Part shown: positions 37,286 to 45,134 of the stretch, piece by piece | Layout: each line of letters begins with the position of its first letter | Position numbering within the stretch: position 1 is the stretch's first letter | Notes under the pieces: model-generated | Seen by the model: only the letters and a program-made list of their open reading frames with translations | Told to the model about the DNA's origin: nothing | The model's database searches: none | Virus record (IMG/VR): IMGVR_UViG_3300030099_006995 | Span: 2,581 to 66,580 of that record | Length of the DNA stretch: 64,000 bases | Source: a virus | Reading direction: 5' to 3' (one strand) | Program-made: the position numbers and the translations under genes

Positions 37286-38296
37286 TTACCTAAAACGAGA
37301 AGCGTAATAACCGGAACCGCCGCCAGAGGCCAAGCCGCCACTTTGCGGACGACTGGATTGATAGTTGCGTGCATTCATTCTCGCAACTGCAGGACCCCTG
37401 TTGTTCATCATCCCACTTTCGGCAGGGACTGTTCTGTCTACTGAATATCCACCATCGCCTCTACCACCTGATGAATACGTTCCAGCGCCGTAAGAACCGT
37501 AGGAACTAGCAGATGAGCGGGTGCCGCCACCTGAAGCAAGACTGCCACCAGTGTATCTAGAGCTTTGGTTACTGCCTCCAGACGAAGCTCCGCCTCGAAG
37601 ACCTGACAGGGAGGCGTCAGTGGCCCGACGATCGTAGATATCAAGGCGCTGATTGCTTTTATCGAGCTGACTTTGAATTCCCGTGTAGCGATCTTGCGCT
37701 TCAGTAAGCTCACCCTCTAAGCGCTCATTGTCACCTAAAGCGTCTTGGTATAGACCATAGTTTCGTGTTGACTGTACCTCAAAGTAATTACGTTCTCCTA
37801 AATACTTATCCCTTTCGCTCCTGGCTGTGTCCCGCTCATTGCGAAAAGTATTACGCTCGTTTCGGGCGTCATCGCGTTCACCCATATAGGTGTCACGCTC
37901 ATCCTCAGCCTGAATCAGATCATCCGACAGCTGCTTGTTGTCATCTCGCAGACCCTGTCGATAATCGCTACTTGCGGGGTTGACGGCGATCTCTCTGATG
38001 ATCTGGTCAGAAGACAGGCCGTGCTTGGAAGCGTGATCCGTCCAGCCCGCCAATTCTCCTGCCGAAGCCGATCGCCCTAAATAATCGGTATAGGCATTTT
38101 GAATGGGTTGGATATTATCTTTTTGCTTCGCCAGGGGATGATTTGCCAACCCCTGCTGAATTGTCTCGATACTGCCGCCATGAGTATTGACGTGGTCTAC
38201 CCAGTTCGAGATTTCCTCCGTTTGAGGCTCCCGGCCTAGATGCTGCTTGTAAGCATCAACAATTTGCTGCTTATTTTCCGAGATTGATACCGGCAT
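37286..38296 (-). CDS. coiled-coil protein with DUF4214-like N-terminal repeats
   Basis: AY..(H/Y)LGR.....E...W x2; ER(D/N) heptad repeats. Confidence 0.6.
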   Translation of the reverse strand: MPVSISENKQQIVDAYKQHLGREPQTEEISNWVDHVNTHGGSIETIQQGLANHPLAKQKDNIQPIQNAYTDYLGRSASAGELAGWTDHASKHGLSSDQIIREIAVNPASSDYRQGLRDDNKQLSDDLIQAEDERDTYMGERDDARNERNTFRNERDTARSERDKYLGERNYFEVQSTRNYGLYQDALGDNERLEGELTEAQDRYTGIQSQLDKSNQRLDIYDRRATDASLSGLRGGASSGGSNQSSRYTGGSLASGGGTRSSASSYGSYGAGTYSSGGRGDGGYSVDRTVPAESGMMNNRGPAVARMNARNYQSSRPQSGGLASGGGSGYYASRFR

Positions 38297-38301
38297 TTCT
38301 C

Positions 38302-38823
38302 TTAGAAGAATCCACCCTGGGCAAATACATGAACACGTGTCGAAGAGCTTGGGGCAGTCAGGGCTGCAGCCACTCCGACAAATAGCGTCGCTCCAGATGG
38401 CACGTAAAGGCCAGTGTTCTTCTTGTCTGTCTCGGTGACGCTTGAATCAGCCCCGAGGTTTGGGACTGGGATGCACAGCGGAGGAAGAGGGATGTTTGTC
38501 CGCTCACCAGCAGCAGACGAGCTGATCGTTGCACTTGCCACACACACAGTGTTTGCGGATGTGATCGAGGCTGAAGACCCAGCAATGCTTAGGAAAACCA
38601 ATACAGGCTGAGGGTTCGTGCTTGCCTCGTTCGCGATCACCGAAATGCTGTCCACGACAGCACCGTCATTACTTAAGCAGTCCACCAACAAGGTGCAACC
38701 ACCGCCACTTGGCGTATTGAAGTCAGTCGCCGTCAACAAGGCGCCAGCACCACCGACTGTCGCAAATGAATGCAGCGGCCGGTCAACCAGCAGCGGCATT
38801 TTATTAGAACTACTGGTTGCCAA
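38302..38823 (-). CDS. putative structural protein
   Basis: SSNKMPLLVDRPL...AQGGFF. Confidence 0.6.
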   Translation of the reverse strand: MATSSSNKMPLLVDRPLHSFATVGGAGALLTATDFNTPSGGGCTLLVDCLSNDGAVVDSISVIANEASTNPQPVLVFLSIAGSSASITSANTVCVASATISSSAAGERTNIPLPPLCIPVPNLGADSSVTETDKKNTGLYVPSGATLFVGVAAALTAPSSSTRVHVFAQGGFF

Positions 38824-38861
38824 AGTAAGTCTCCTACTAAATCAATTTTACAAAGACAAAA

Positions 38862-39353
38862 TCAGTCTTTTGTTTCAGGCGCTGATTCATTTCGCCGAGG
38901 GCCAGAGCCAAAGCCACTCATACCCGTGTTCATTCCACGCGGAGGAGACATGCTCATGGGAGGACTCATCTCGCTGCCCGGGCCAGGTGTGGCCAGGAAG
39001 TTTGGTTTGTCCAACTTTGGATCAATGTCTGCGGCGGAAAAATACTGACCCATTTGCGTTGGGCGCTGGAAGGTAGGACCTTCGCTTTGAACTATCTGTT
39101 CAGCATCACCGTAAGGATTACGGCGAAAGACAACGTCACCAGCGGGTTGCCCCTCAGGAGCAAACTGAGAGGCGACAGGAGTAAACGACTGGTAGTTAGT
39201 CGGGTTGTTGGGTACGACATTTTCAGCACTGAAGAAGTTCTTGGCTTCTGCGTGGCCTTGCTTGTTTTCGTACCACTCATTCATCCGAGCCTGGCGCTTG
39301 GGGCCATCCCGATGTTTGTAGAAGTCGTTGCTGGGGTAAGAACGTTTTGCCAT
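38862..39353 (-). CDS. hypothetical protein
   Basis: ATG ORF within the operon. Confidence 0.55.
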   Translation of the reverse strand: MAKRSYPSNDFYKHRDGPKRQARMNEWYENKQGHAEAKNFFSAENVVPNNPTNYQSFTPVASQFAPEGQPAGDVVFRRNPYGDAEQIVQSEGPTFQRPTQMGQYFSAADIDPKLDKPNFLATPGPGSEMSPPMSMSPPRGMNTGMSGFGSGPRRNESAPETKD

Positions 39354-39354
39354 C

Positions 39355-40164
39355 TCAAGAACCTTTGATCATTTTCGCGATTTGCGTGCCCAACACTCCT
39401 TTTCCCCTCAGACCTGGGACTCCGGAGTTCATGTATCGCTGAACTTCGTCGAGGTTGAGTTGACGCTGCTGATCAACCGGTTGAGCCTGAGCCGTCTGAG
39501 CGGTATTGCTCACCCGGGGCATGCCCGTTTCGCCTAGAGGGTTAGGGCTTCCCGCAGAAGGAGAAAACTGTCCGGCTGCCATGGCCGCCTTGATCTCCTC
39601 GTCGCTCGGGCCAGTGCCTGCATAGGAGTTGCCGAACTTTTTGTTGAACTCGCGCAGTGCCAAGTTCTCGTTAGCTCGAGCCCACTCCTCCATCGGAGTA
39701 CCGGCGTAACCCATGGCATCGATAATTTCATCGATAGCGCCAATGCCAACCTTACGCTGGTTCATGTTGAATTCAGCCAAGCCAGCAGCATCACCTTCGT
39801 ACTGATTGTTCATGGCCTGCTGGATCATGGCCTGACCGGTATCGGTCTCGAAGAACTGAGAGCCGGGGGCGTACTGCTGCCGCATTGCGGTCAGAGCCGA
39901 CTGCCGGGAATCACTGTCGTCAGAAAGAACCGCTCCTTGCTGCGTAAACAAGTTCGCGTCTGCTTCATTTACGCTGTCAGCTAAAGCCTTTTGCTGCTCT
40001 GGCGTCAATCTAGAGGGAGTCGAGTAACCCCCGGCACGATTGATGACCTGCTCCATGTTGCGACCAAAACCACCAGCAAGGCCGAGCAACTCATTGAGTG
40101 GTCCCATGCCGTAGTTCTGATTAAGCCATTCAAGCCCGCTTTGCGGCTTACGCTTTTCAGCCAC
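39355..40164 (-). CDS. hypothetical protein (possible internal virion protein)
   Basis: A/Q/G/M-rich, 269 aa. Confidence 0.6.
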   Translation of the reverse strand: MAEKRKPQSGLEWLNQNYGMGPLNELLGLAGGFGRNMEQVINRAGGYSTPSRLTPEQQKALADSVNEADANLFTQQGAVLSDDSDSRQSALTAMRQQYAPGSQFFETDTGQAMIQQAMNNQYEGDAAGLAEFNMNQRKVGIGAIDEIIDAMGYAGTPMEEWARANENLALREFNKKFGNSYAGTGPSDEEIKAAMAAGQFSPSAGSPNPLGETGMPRVSNTAQTAQAQPVDQQRQLNLDEVQRYMNSGVPGLRGKGVLGTQIAKMIKGS

Positions 40165-40167
40165 TGC

Positions 40168-40653
40168 TTACCTCCAGTTCATTGCGCCCTGGGCCTGCAT
40201 GACACGAGTACCGACAGCGGTATCAGCAGGACCGGGAATAGACATGATGAATTCAGAGCCCGCCCTGTCGTAGGCGTAGCGCCGAACCTCGTCGCGCCTG
40301 TAGTTGGCGACGTAAAGGGTTTGAGCCAGGCGATCTGTCTCTCTGAGATATACCTCCCAGTAATCCTTGTCCGCCTTAAGCGGTTCGGACTGAAAGATGG
40401 CACGCTCGGTATCACCCGTAATGCGCTCGACCCTGCTGGGCTGAGGCTGCGCTTCACTCTTAAAGATCTGAGAGACCTTAAAAACTTTGTCGCATCGATC
40501 CAGGTGCTCGAGTACTCGCGAATAGAAATAACTATCCGGGACTCTTGCCATAGCCTCTTCCAACCGAGCGATATCACCGGCTGGAAGATTGGCTCCTACG
40601 TTGTACCCCAAATGGAAGCGACAACGGCTTTTGTCGTAGTCGTTGAGCTCCAA
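40168..40653 (-). CDS. putative head-tail adaptor
   Basis: DKSRCRFHLGY N-terminus typical of adaptors; downstream of the capsid genes. Confidence 0.55.
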   Translation of the reverse strand: MELNDYDKSRCRFHLGYNVGANLPAGDIARLEEAMARVPDSYFYSRVLEHLDRCDKVFKVSQIFKSEAQPQPSRVERITGDTERAIFQSEPLKADKDYWEVYLRETDRLAQTLYVANYRRDEVRRYAYDRAGSEFIMSIPGPADTAVGTRVMQAQGAMNWR

Positions 40654-40688
40654 AGTAAATCAGCGACCTTGACTTAATTCTATGAAAG

Positions 40689-41120
40689 TCAACCGCAGTA
40701 AATCACGTCTGCAGCAATCACCTCATCCCAGTCAACACGACCGATCTTTTTGAGCTGATCGAGGTTCTTGAAACGCTCACCAGGAAGTGAAAGACGAAGC
40801 TCCACAATCTTCTTGGCGGTGGCGTAACCAATGCCTTTGACGTGCTTGGCAATTGCTTCTGCAGTCGCCACATTGACATTCAGACGCGTGTCAGCCGGGA
40901 TGATGGTCTCGGGCAGCTTATCTTCGTCAACCTCTTTCTCAGCCGACTGAGGTGCAACTGTCTTGCCAGTCCGACCCTTGCCAGCTTCATAGCTAACGAG
41001 ATCGTCAAGAGAAACGTATTGAACAGCTCCAGACGAATTCTTGACCATCGCCCAGTCCTTGTCGTGATGACTAATAAATTCGACAAGCTGGCCGTTCTTG
41101 GTGTTCTGGTAAAGCGCCAT
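40689..41120 (-). CDS. helix-hairpin-helix DNA-binding protein (ComEA-like)
   Basis: LNVNVATAEAIAKHVKGIGYATAKKIVELR...FKNLDQL. Confidence 0.8.
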   Translation of the reverse strand: MALYQNTKNGQLVEFISHHDKDWAMVKNSSGAVQYVSLDDLVSYEAGKGRTGKTVAPQSAEKEVDEDKLPETIIPADTRLNVNVATAEAIAKHVKGIGYATAKKIVELRLSLPGERFKNLDQLKKIGRVDWDEVIAADVIYCG

Positions 41121-41126
41121 ATGTAC

Positions 41127-41160
41127 AAAAAAAGAGGGCGTCTGGTGGCCCAGCGCCCTC
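41127..41160 (-). terminator. intrinsic terminator after the capsid genes
   Basis: GAGGGCG...CGCCCTC followed by T7 on the minus strand. Confidence 0.75.
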
Positions 41161-41184
41161 ATCCTAGAGAGAAGTCCTAACTAA

Positions 41185-41823
41185 TCAGGACTCAGTGTTG
41201 TAAGGAACCCGGGTGTCATCGCTAGATGCAACCTCGTCTTCCACGTAGTAAGAAACTTCGCAGATGATCGGGGTGCCGCCAGTGGCAGTAGAGCTCAGGG
41301 TGGAGCCAGTGCCATTACCAGCAGCGTTACGCACGAAGACCTTCAGGGTCTCGGCGCCGGCCAGGACAGAACCAGAAACAACGCCGTTCTTTGCAGAGGA
41401 GGGGGCAATGGTGCCACCGGAGACTGCAATGGTGGGAGTTGAGACCACTGAAGTGCTGATGGTGTCAGCAGCGGAGGCTGCGGCATCCTTCAGTGCAATG
41501 GTGTCGGTGTTGGTACCGGAAAGACCAGAAGTGGCAGAGCCAGCGTCCTTGTTCTTGCGGGTGTCAGCAACACGCAGACCCACTGCGTAGACAACAGCGC
41601 CGGCCGGGATGGTCAGGCCAGTGTCATCAGCACGCACTTTGTCGTCGCCGCGCATATCCGGTGAAGGAATGATCACGTCGAACTCGGTGCCACCGGTGGA
41701 ATCCACCAGCGCATAACCGATCTTGCGGTAGTACACACGACCGGGGATTGCGACCACACCTTGGCCGCCGTCATGAGACTTGAGGTTGGAAACAAAGTTT
41801 CCGGGGAAAATACGCTTAGCCAT
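41185..41823 (-). CDS. putative capsid decoration/minor capsid protein
   Basis: Directly downstream of the major capsid gene with strong GGAGGT RBS. Confidence 0.6.
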   Translation of the reverse strand: MAKRIFPGNFVSNLKSHDGGQGVVAIPGRVYYRKIGYALVDSTGGTEFDVIIPSPDMRGDDKVRADDTGLTIPAGAVVYAVGLRVADTRKNKDAGSATSGLSGTNTDTIALKDAAASAADTISTSVVSTPTIAVSGGTIAPSSAKNGVVSGSVLAGAETLKVFVRNAAGNGTGSTLSSTATGGTPIICEVSYYVEDEVASSDDTRVPYNTES

Positions 41824-41839
41824 AGTTACTTACCTCCTA

Positions 41840-42982
41840 TCAATAAACGAAAGAGTAAGCAACGGTGATGAAGTCGCGGTTAAGCACTTCAAAACCAGCA
41901 AATAGGCTCCAGATCATAATGATGAATCGTGAGAAATCATCATTATTGTTGAGAAGGATCTGGGCGTTATTACCACCGATACCAACACCAACTGCCTGAG
42001 GACCAAAGAAGATCATCGGAGCAGCAGTGGTCACAGCGTTTGAGATGGAAGCATCAGAAACGGTAACTTGCAGAGACTTCTCAGCAAGGTTGGTTGATTC
42101 AAACCAACGGACTCCCTCAAATAGGAATCCCGTGGGCATTATCGGCTGTCCTGCGACGAAACCTGCTTGCCCATAAGCGGGACCCATGCCATAGAAGAAG
42201 TTGGCGTTGGGAGCCTGCTCAGGTTGCAGGGGATTCACCATGCCGTTGCCAGCATATCGCGCGATCTCCCTAAAGGCATCGTTCTGCCGGAGATGCATCA
42301 TTGCCGTGGGATCGGCAATACAACGGTAGTAGCCGTCAGCGAACGTAGGAACGTTGCGCTTACGCATGTCCTTGACCACCTGCAGCAGGTCGGTCTTGAC
42401 ATCGAACTTGGCAGATTCGCCAGAGCCGTAAGAAAGGAAGGGAGCGGAACCAGCTTTGGTCTTGCTCAGGGGGTAATAGTAACCACCTTGAGTGCCGTCA
42501 GCCTGGCCGTTGGCTTCAGCCTTGAACAGTTCATCAGCGAAGACGCGATCGCGCCAACGACGATAATCATCAAGCAGGGTCAGCGAGCCGATGGACTGGT
42601 GGAAAACATTCAGGTTCCCCGTGTCCAAAAGTAGCCGCTGCGCAGTCAACAAGGTCTCTCGAGCAACCTTGAAAGTACTGGGAGCTGTCGCATCGGTCGG
42701 GTCCGCAGGGCCCGTATATTCCTTAAGGTTCACAAGAACCTTGTCTTTCACAATCGAGCGGCTAGATGCGGTGCCCAGAGTCTGATCGGCAGTGCGCTCT
42801 CGGGAATCCTTGTTGCCAGGATTTCCCCAGAAGCGGTAACGATCAAGCTGCACAGTTTGCCCGGGTTGCTTGGCAAAGTCATGCACTACCACGGGTTCAA
42901 CCGCCATCTCGATGATATAACCGGGATGGGGTCGATAGAGCTCAGCACCTAGCAGCTTCGGGAAATCATTATCAATCCACAT
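41840..42982 (-). CDS. major capsid protein (HK97 fold, N4 gp56-like)
   Basis: 380 aa; PGQTVQLDRY, FEGVRWFES, FGPQAVG, DDFSR..IW...AGF. Confidence 0.8.
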   Translation of the reverse strand: MWIDNDFPKLLGAELYRPHPGYIIEMAVEPVVVHDFAKQPGQTVQLDRYRFWGNPGNKDSRERTADQTLGTASSRSIVKDKVLVNLKEYTGPADPTDATAPSTFKVARETLLTAQRLLLDTGNLNVFHQSIGSLTLLDDYRRWRDRVFADELFKAEANGQADGTQGGYYYPLSKTKAGSAPFLSYGSGESAKFDVKTDLLQVVKDMRKRNVPTFADGYYRCIADPTAMMHLRQNDAFREIARYAGNGMVNPLQPEQAPNANFFYGMGPAYGQAGFVAGQPIMPTGFLFEGVRWFESTNLAEKSLQVTVSDASISNAVTTAAPMIFFGPQAVGVGIGGNNAQILLNNNDDFSRFIIMIWSLFAGFEVLNRDFITVAYSFVY

Positions 42983-43070
42983 GGGATGATATGCCTCAGC
43001 TGTAAGGGTTAATACGCACGCTCGAAGCGCGCTGACCCCTACTATAAAGAAGATTTATAGGGAAAGCTGT

Positions 43071-43778
43071 TTGGACGTCACGGATGTCCGAGGATTGCTT
43101 GGCCTGCTCCTGGTTGACGGGAGTTTGGTGCATTATCGCAGTCCCTCCGGTGGTTACATACAGATGACGATCACGGCCGGGATAAAAGAGTCGGCTTACC
43201 TCGAGGAAAAAGTCGAAGAATTCAAGTCTTTTTTCCCTACGCGTGCAGTGATTGCTCCCTACAGCACTGCTAAAAGGGCTAATGGCAAGCAAACGACGGT
43301 GCTTCGATTTAGGGCCTCAACCAACAAACTACGCCCTGTCTTCAATTTGCTCTACCCAGGAGGAGAGCGTCAGATAACCCAGCCAGTGCTTGACATCCTT
43401 GGAGCTCAGGCGGCTGCCTGGTGCTGGGCCGAGAGCGCGGTCATCGGTAAGCGAGGTGGGGCACGACTCAGCCGCGTCGGCAATACACGAGCCGAGGCCA
43501 TGCGACTCAACACATGGTTCGAGTTGCTCACTGGCGCTCGAGGCGAGGTAAAGGTTCACCGCAAGCGTCCACGTCTTGCATTCGACCCTCAGCAGACCAA
43601 GAAGGTCCAAGACGCCTTAATTCAATACGCCCCAAAAAGCCGCATCCACTTATTCACTGGAGAGGTCCCTGATGTCAGCGCAATTCGTAGCTCGCGTACT
43701 GAGCTATTGCTTGGGAGTGGGGACGCTGGGATTGCGAGGGCAGAAGCAGAGACCCTGGTTGGAAATCATTCGGCTTGA
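43071..43778 (+). CDS. LAGLIDADG endonuclease-like protein
   Basis: LLGLLLVDGSL; LYPGGERQIT..VLD.L...AAW. Confidence 0.7.
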   Translation: MDVTDVRGLLGLLLVDGSLVHYRSPSGGYIQMTITAGIKESAYLEEKVEEFKSFFPTRAVIAPYSTAKRANGKQTTVLRFRASTNKLRPVFNLLYPGGERQITQPVLDILGAQAAAWCWAESAVIGKRGGARLSRVGNTRAEAMRLNTWFELLTGARGEVKVHRKRPRLAFDPQQTKKVQDALIQYAPKSRIHLFTGEVPDVSAIRSSRTELLLGSGDAGIARAEAETLVGNHSA

Positions 43779-44247
43779 AACAGAGAAGTCTTACGTCAAC
43801 TACCAGCTCAAATTGCTGAGGGCCTGTCACCCAGGGCAGCTGGATTGCCACTGGGACACAATCCCGCTGCCCGGCTTTTACGACAAGGTGCGGCTCAGGG
43901 TGAGAAGCGACGAGTTATACAGATCGTATGAGCTCATGTACCCGCGCGATCGCAAAGTAATTACGCCTCAGATCATCAGCATCGTTGGCATGCAAGGCGT
44001 CTCTGCCCTGTGGTCCGACAGGGGCCGAGTTGTTGGGAGGCTCGGCAAGATCATCACCAGATGGTCCGACGACGAAAACGCCTACTTAGCTGACTGGATC
44101 AACTCTCAAGACATTTCGTGCCAGGTCACCAAGGGACAGGGCATCAGATTTGATCGGGAATCAACCAAACAAATTCTTGATGCAATCAGACCTTTTACTC
44201 CTAGATGTATGCGCTTCAAGTTCGTAAAGCAACCACCTCGTCTCTAG
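43672..44247 (+). CDS. LAGLIDADG endonuclease-like protein (degenerate)
   Basis: LSYCLGVGTL; MYP..RKVIT..I.....ALWSDRG; IRPFTP.CMRFK. Confidence 0.6.
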   Translation: MSAQFVARVLSYCLGVGTLGLRGQKQRPWLEIIRLETEKSYVNYQLKLLRACHPGQLDCHWDTIPLPGFYDKVRLRVRSDELYRSYELMYPRDRKVITPQIISIVGMQGVSALWSDRGRVVGRLGKIITRWSDDENAYLADWINSQDISCQVTKGQGIRFDRESTKQILDAIRPFTPRCMRFKFVKQPPRL

Positions 44248-44255
44248 GATTAAAG

Positions 44256-44379
44256 AGCCTCGAAGAAGAACTGCGTCAGAGGCATCATCCCCGTCAGGAG
44301 CCCGGGTTTTTGTAGTTTCAACGGGCTGGTAAGCGATCCTCCCTGCACTTGGCCTGTGTGGGGAGGCGCCTGACTTTTT
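44256..44379 (+). ncRNA. candidate structured RNA (hairpin plus three-way junction, kissing loops)
   Basis: Stems GCCTC/GAGGC, GTCAGG/CCTGAC, AGCCCG/CGGGCT, CCTCCCTGCAC/GTGTGGGGAGG; TAGGAT -10 at 44245; T5 tail. Confidence 0.6.
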
Positions 44380-44405
44380 AGAGTGTTTTGATTAGGAGAT
44401 AAATT

Positions 44406-44621
44406 ATGGCCGACGAAATGACTTGCAAGGACGGTTTCTGTCAGATCAATAAAGCCGTCCCTGAAAAAAAGCCAGAGGACATTTTCTTTGCACCTATTGA
44501 AGACGAAGCGACGCTTCCTAAGGAGTCAGCACAGGTAGAAGACTCCACAATGCGCAAGCGCTTCATCCAGTACTGCGACGACCATCCTGACGATGTCGAG
44601 TGCAAAATGTACGACGTATAA
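44406..44621 (+). CDS. cp12: CP12-like protein (C-terminal CP12 motif only)
   Basis: FIQYCDDHPDDVECKMYDV matches CP12 C-x8-C-x2-Y-D; AGGAG RBS. Confidence 0.65.
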   Translation: MADEMTCKDGFCQINKAVPEKKPEDIFFAPIEDEATLPKESAQVEDSTMRKRFIQYCDDHPDDVECKMYDV

Positions 44622-44670
44622 TCCTTTCGATTGATTATCTAGACTGTCACCATACACAGGTGCCAGCAGA

Positions 44671-45111
44671 ATGGCTGTCTTTAATAAACTCAACGGCTTC
44701 GTAGAGCATCTCAGCGAAGGTGTGCATAACCTTGGCTCTGATCAACTGAAGCTGGCACTTAGCAACGTTTCTCCTGCTTCAGAAACCACTCCGCCCTCCA
44801 CGGTCACAACCAATTGCGTGCTCGGCAATGTGACCGAAATCAGTTACACGGGCTTGAGTTCTCGAGATGTCACAACGACAAGCTCTGCACAAACTTCAGG
44901 TACTTATCGCCTGGTCATCTCTGATCTAACCCTCAGCAGCACGGGCACTGTCGGACCATTCCGTTACATCTACCTCTACAACGACACGCCGACTAGCCCT
45001 GCAGATCCCTTGATCGGCTATTTCGACTACGGCGCAAACTTGACCCTTAATAACGGCGAGAGCTTGACGATCGACTTTGATCAGGCCTCTGGTGCACTGA
45101 CCCTGGCGTGA
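44671..45111 (+). CDS. virion structural protein
   Basis: FVEHL..G.HNL.SD.LK.AL...GPFRY..LYNDT...LIGY.DYG. Confidence 0.65.
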   Translation: MAVFNKLNGFVEHLSEGVHNLGSDQLKLALSNVSPASETTPPSTVTTNCVLGNVTEISYTGLSSRDVTTTSSAQTSGTYRLVISDLTLSSTGTVGPFRYIYLYNDTPTSPADPLIGYFDYGANLTLNNGESLTIDFDQASGALTLA

Positions 45112-45134
45112 TGCCTTTATCTAGGAAATAAGTT

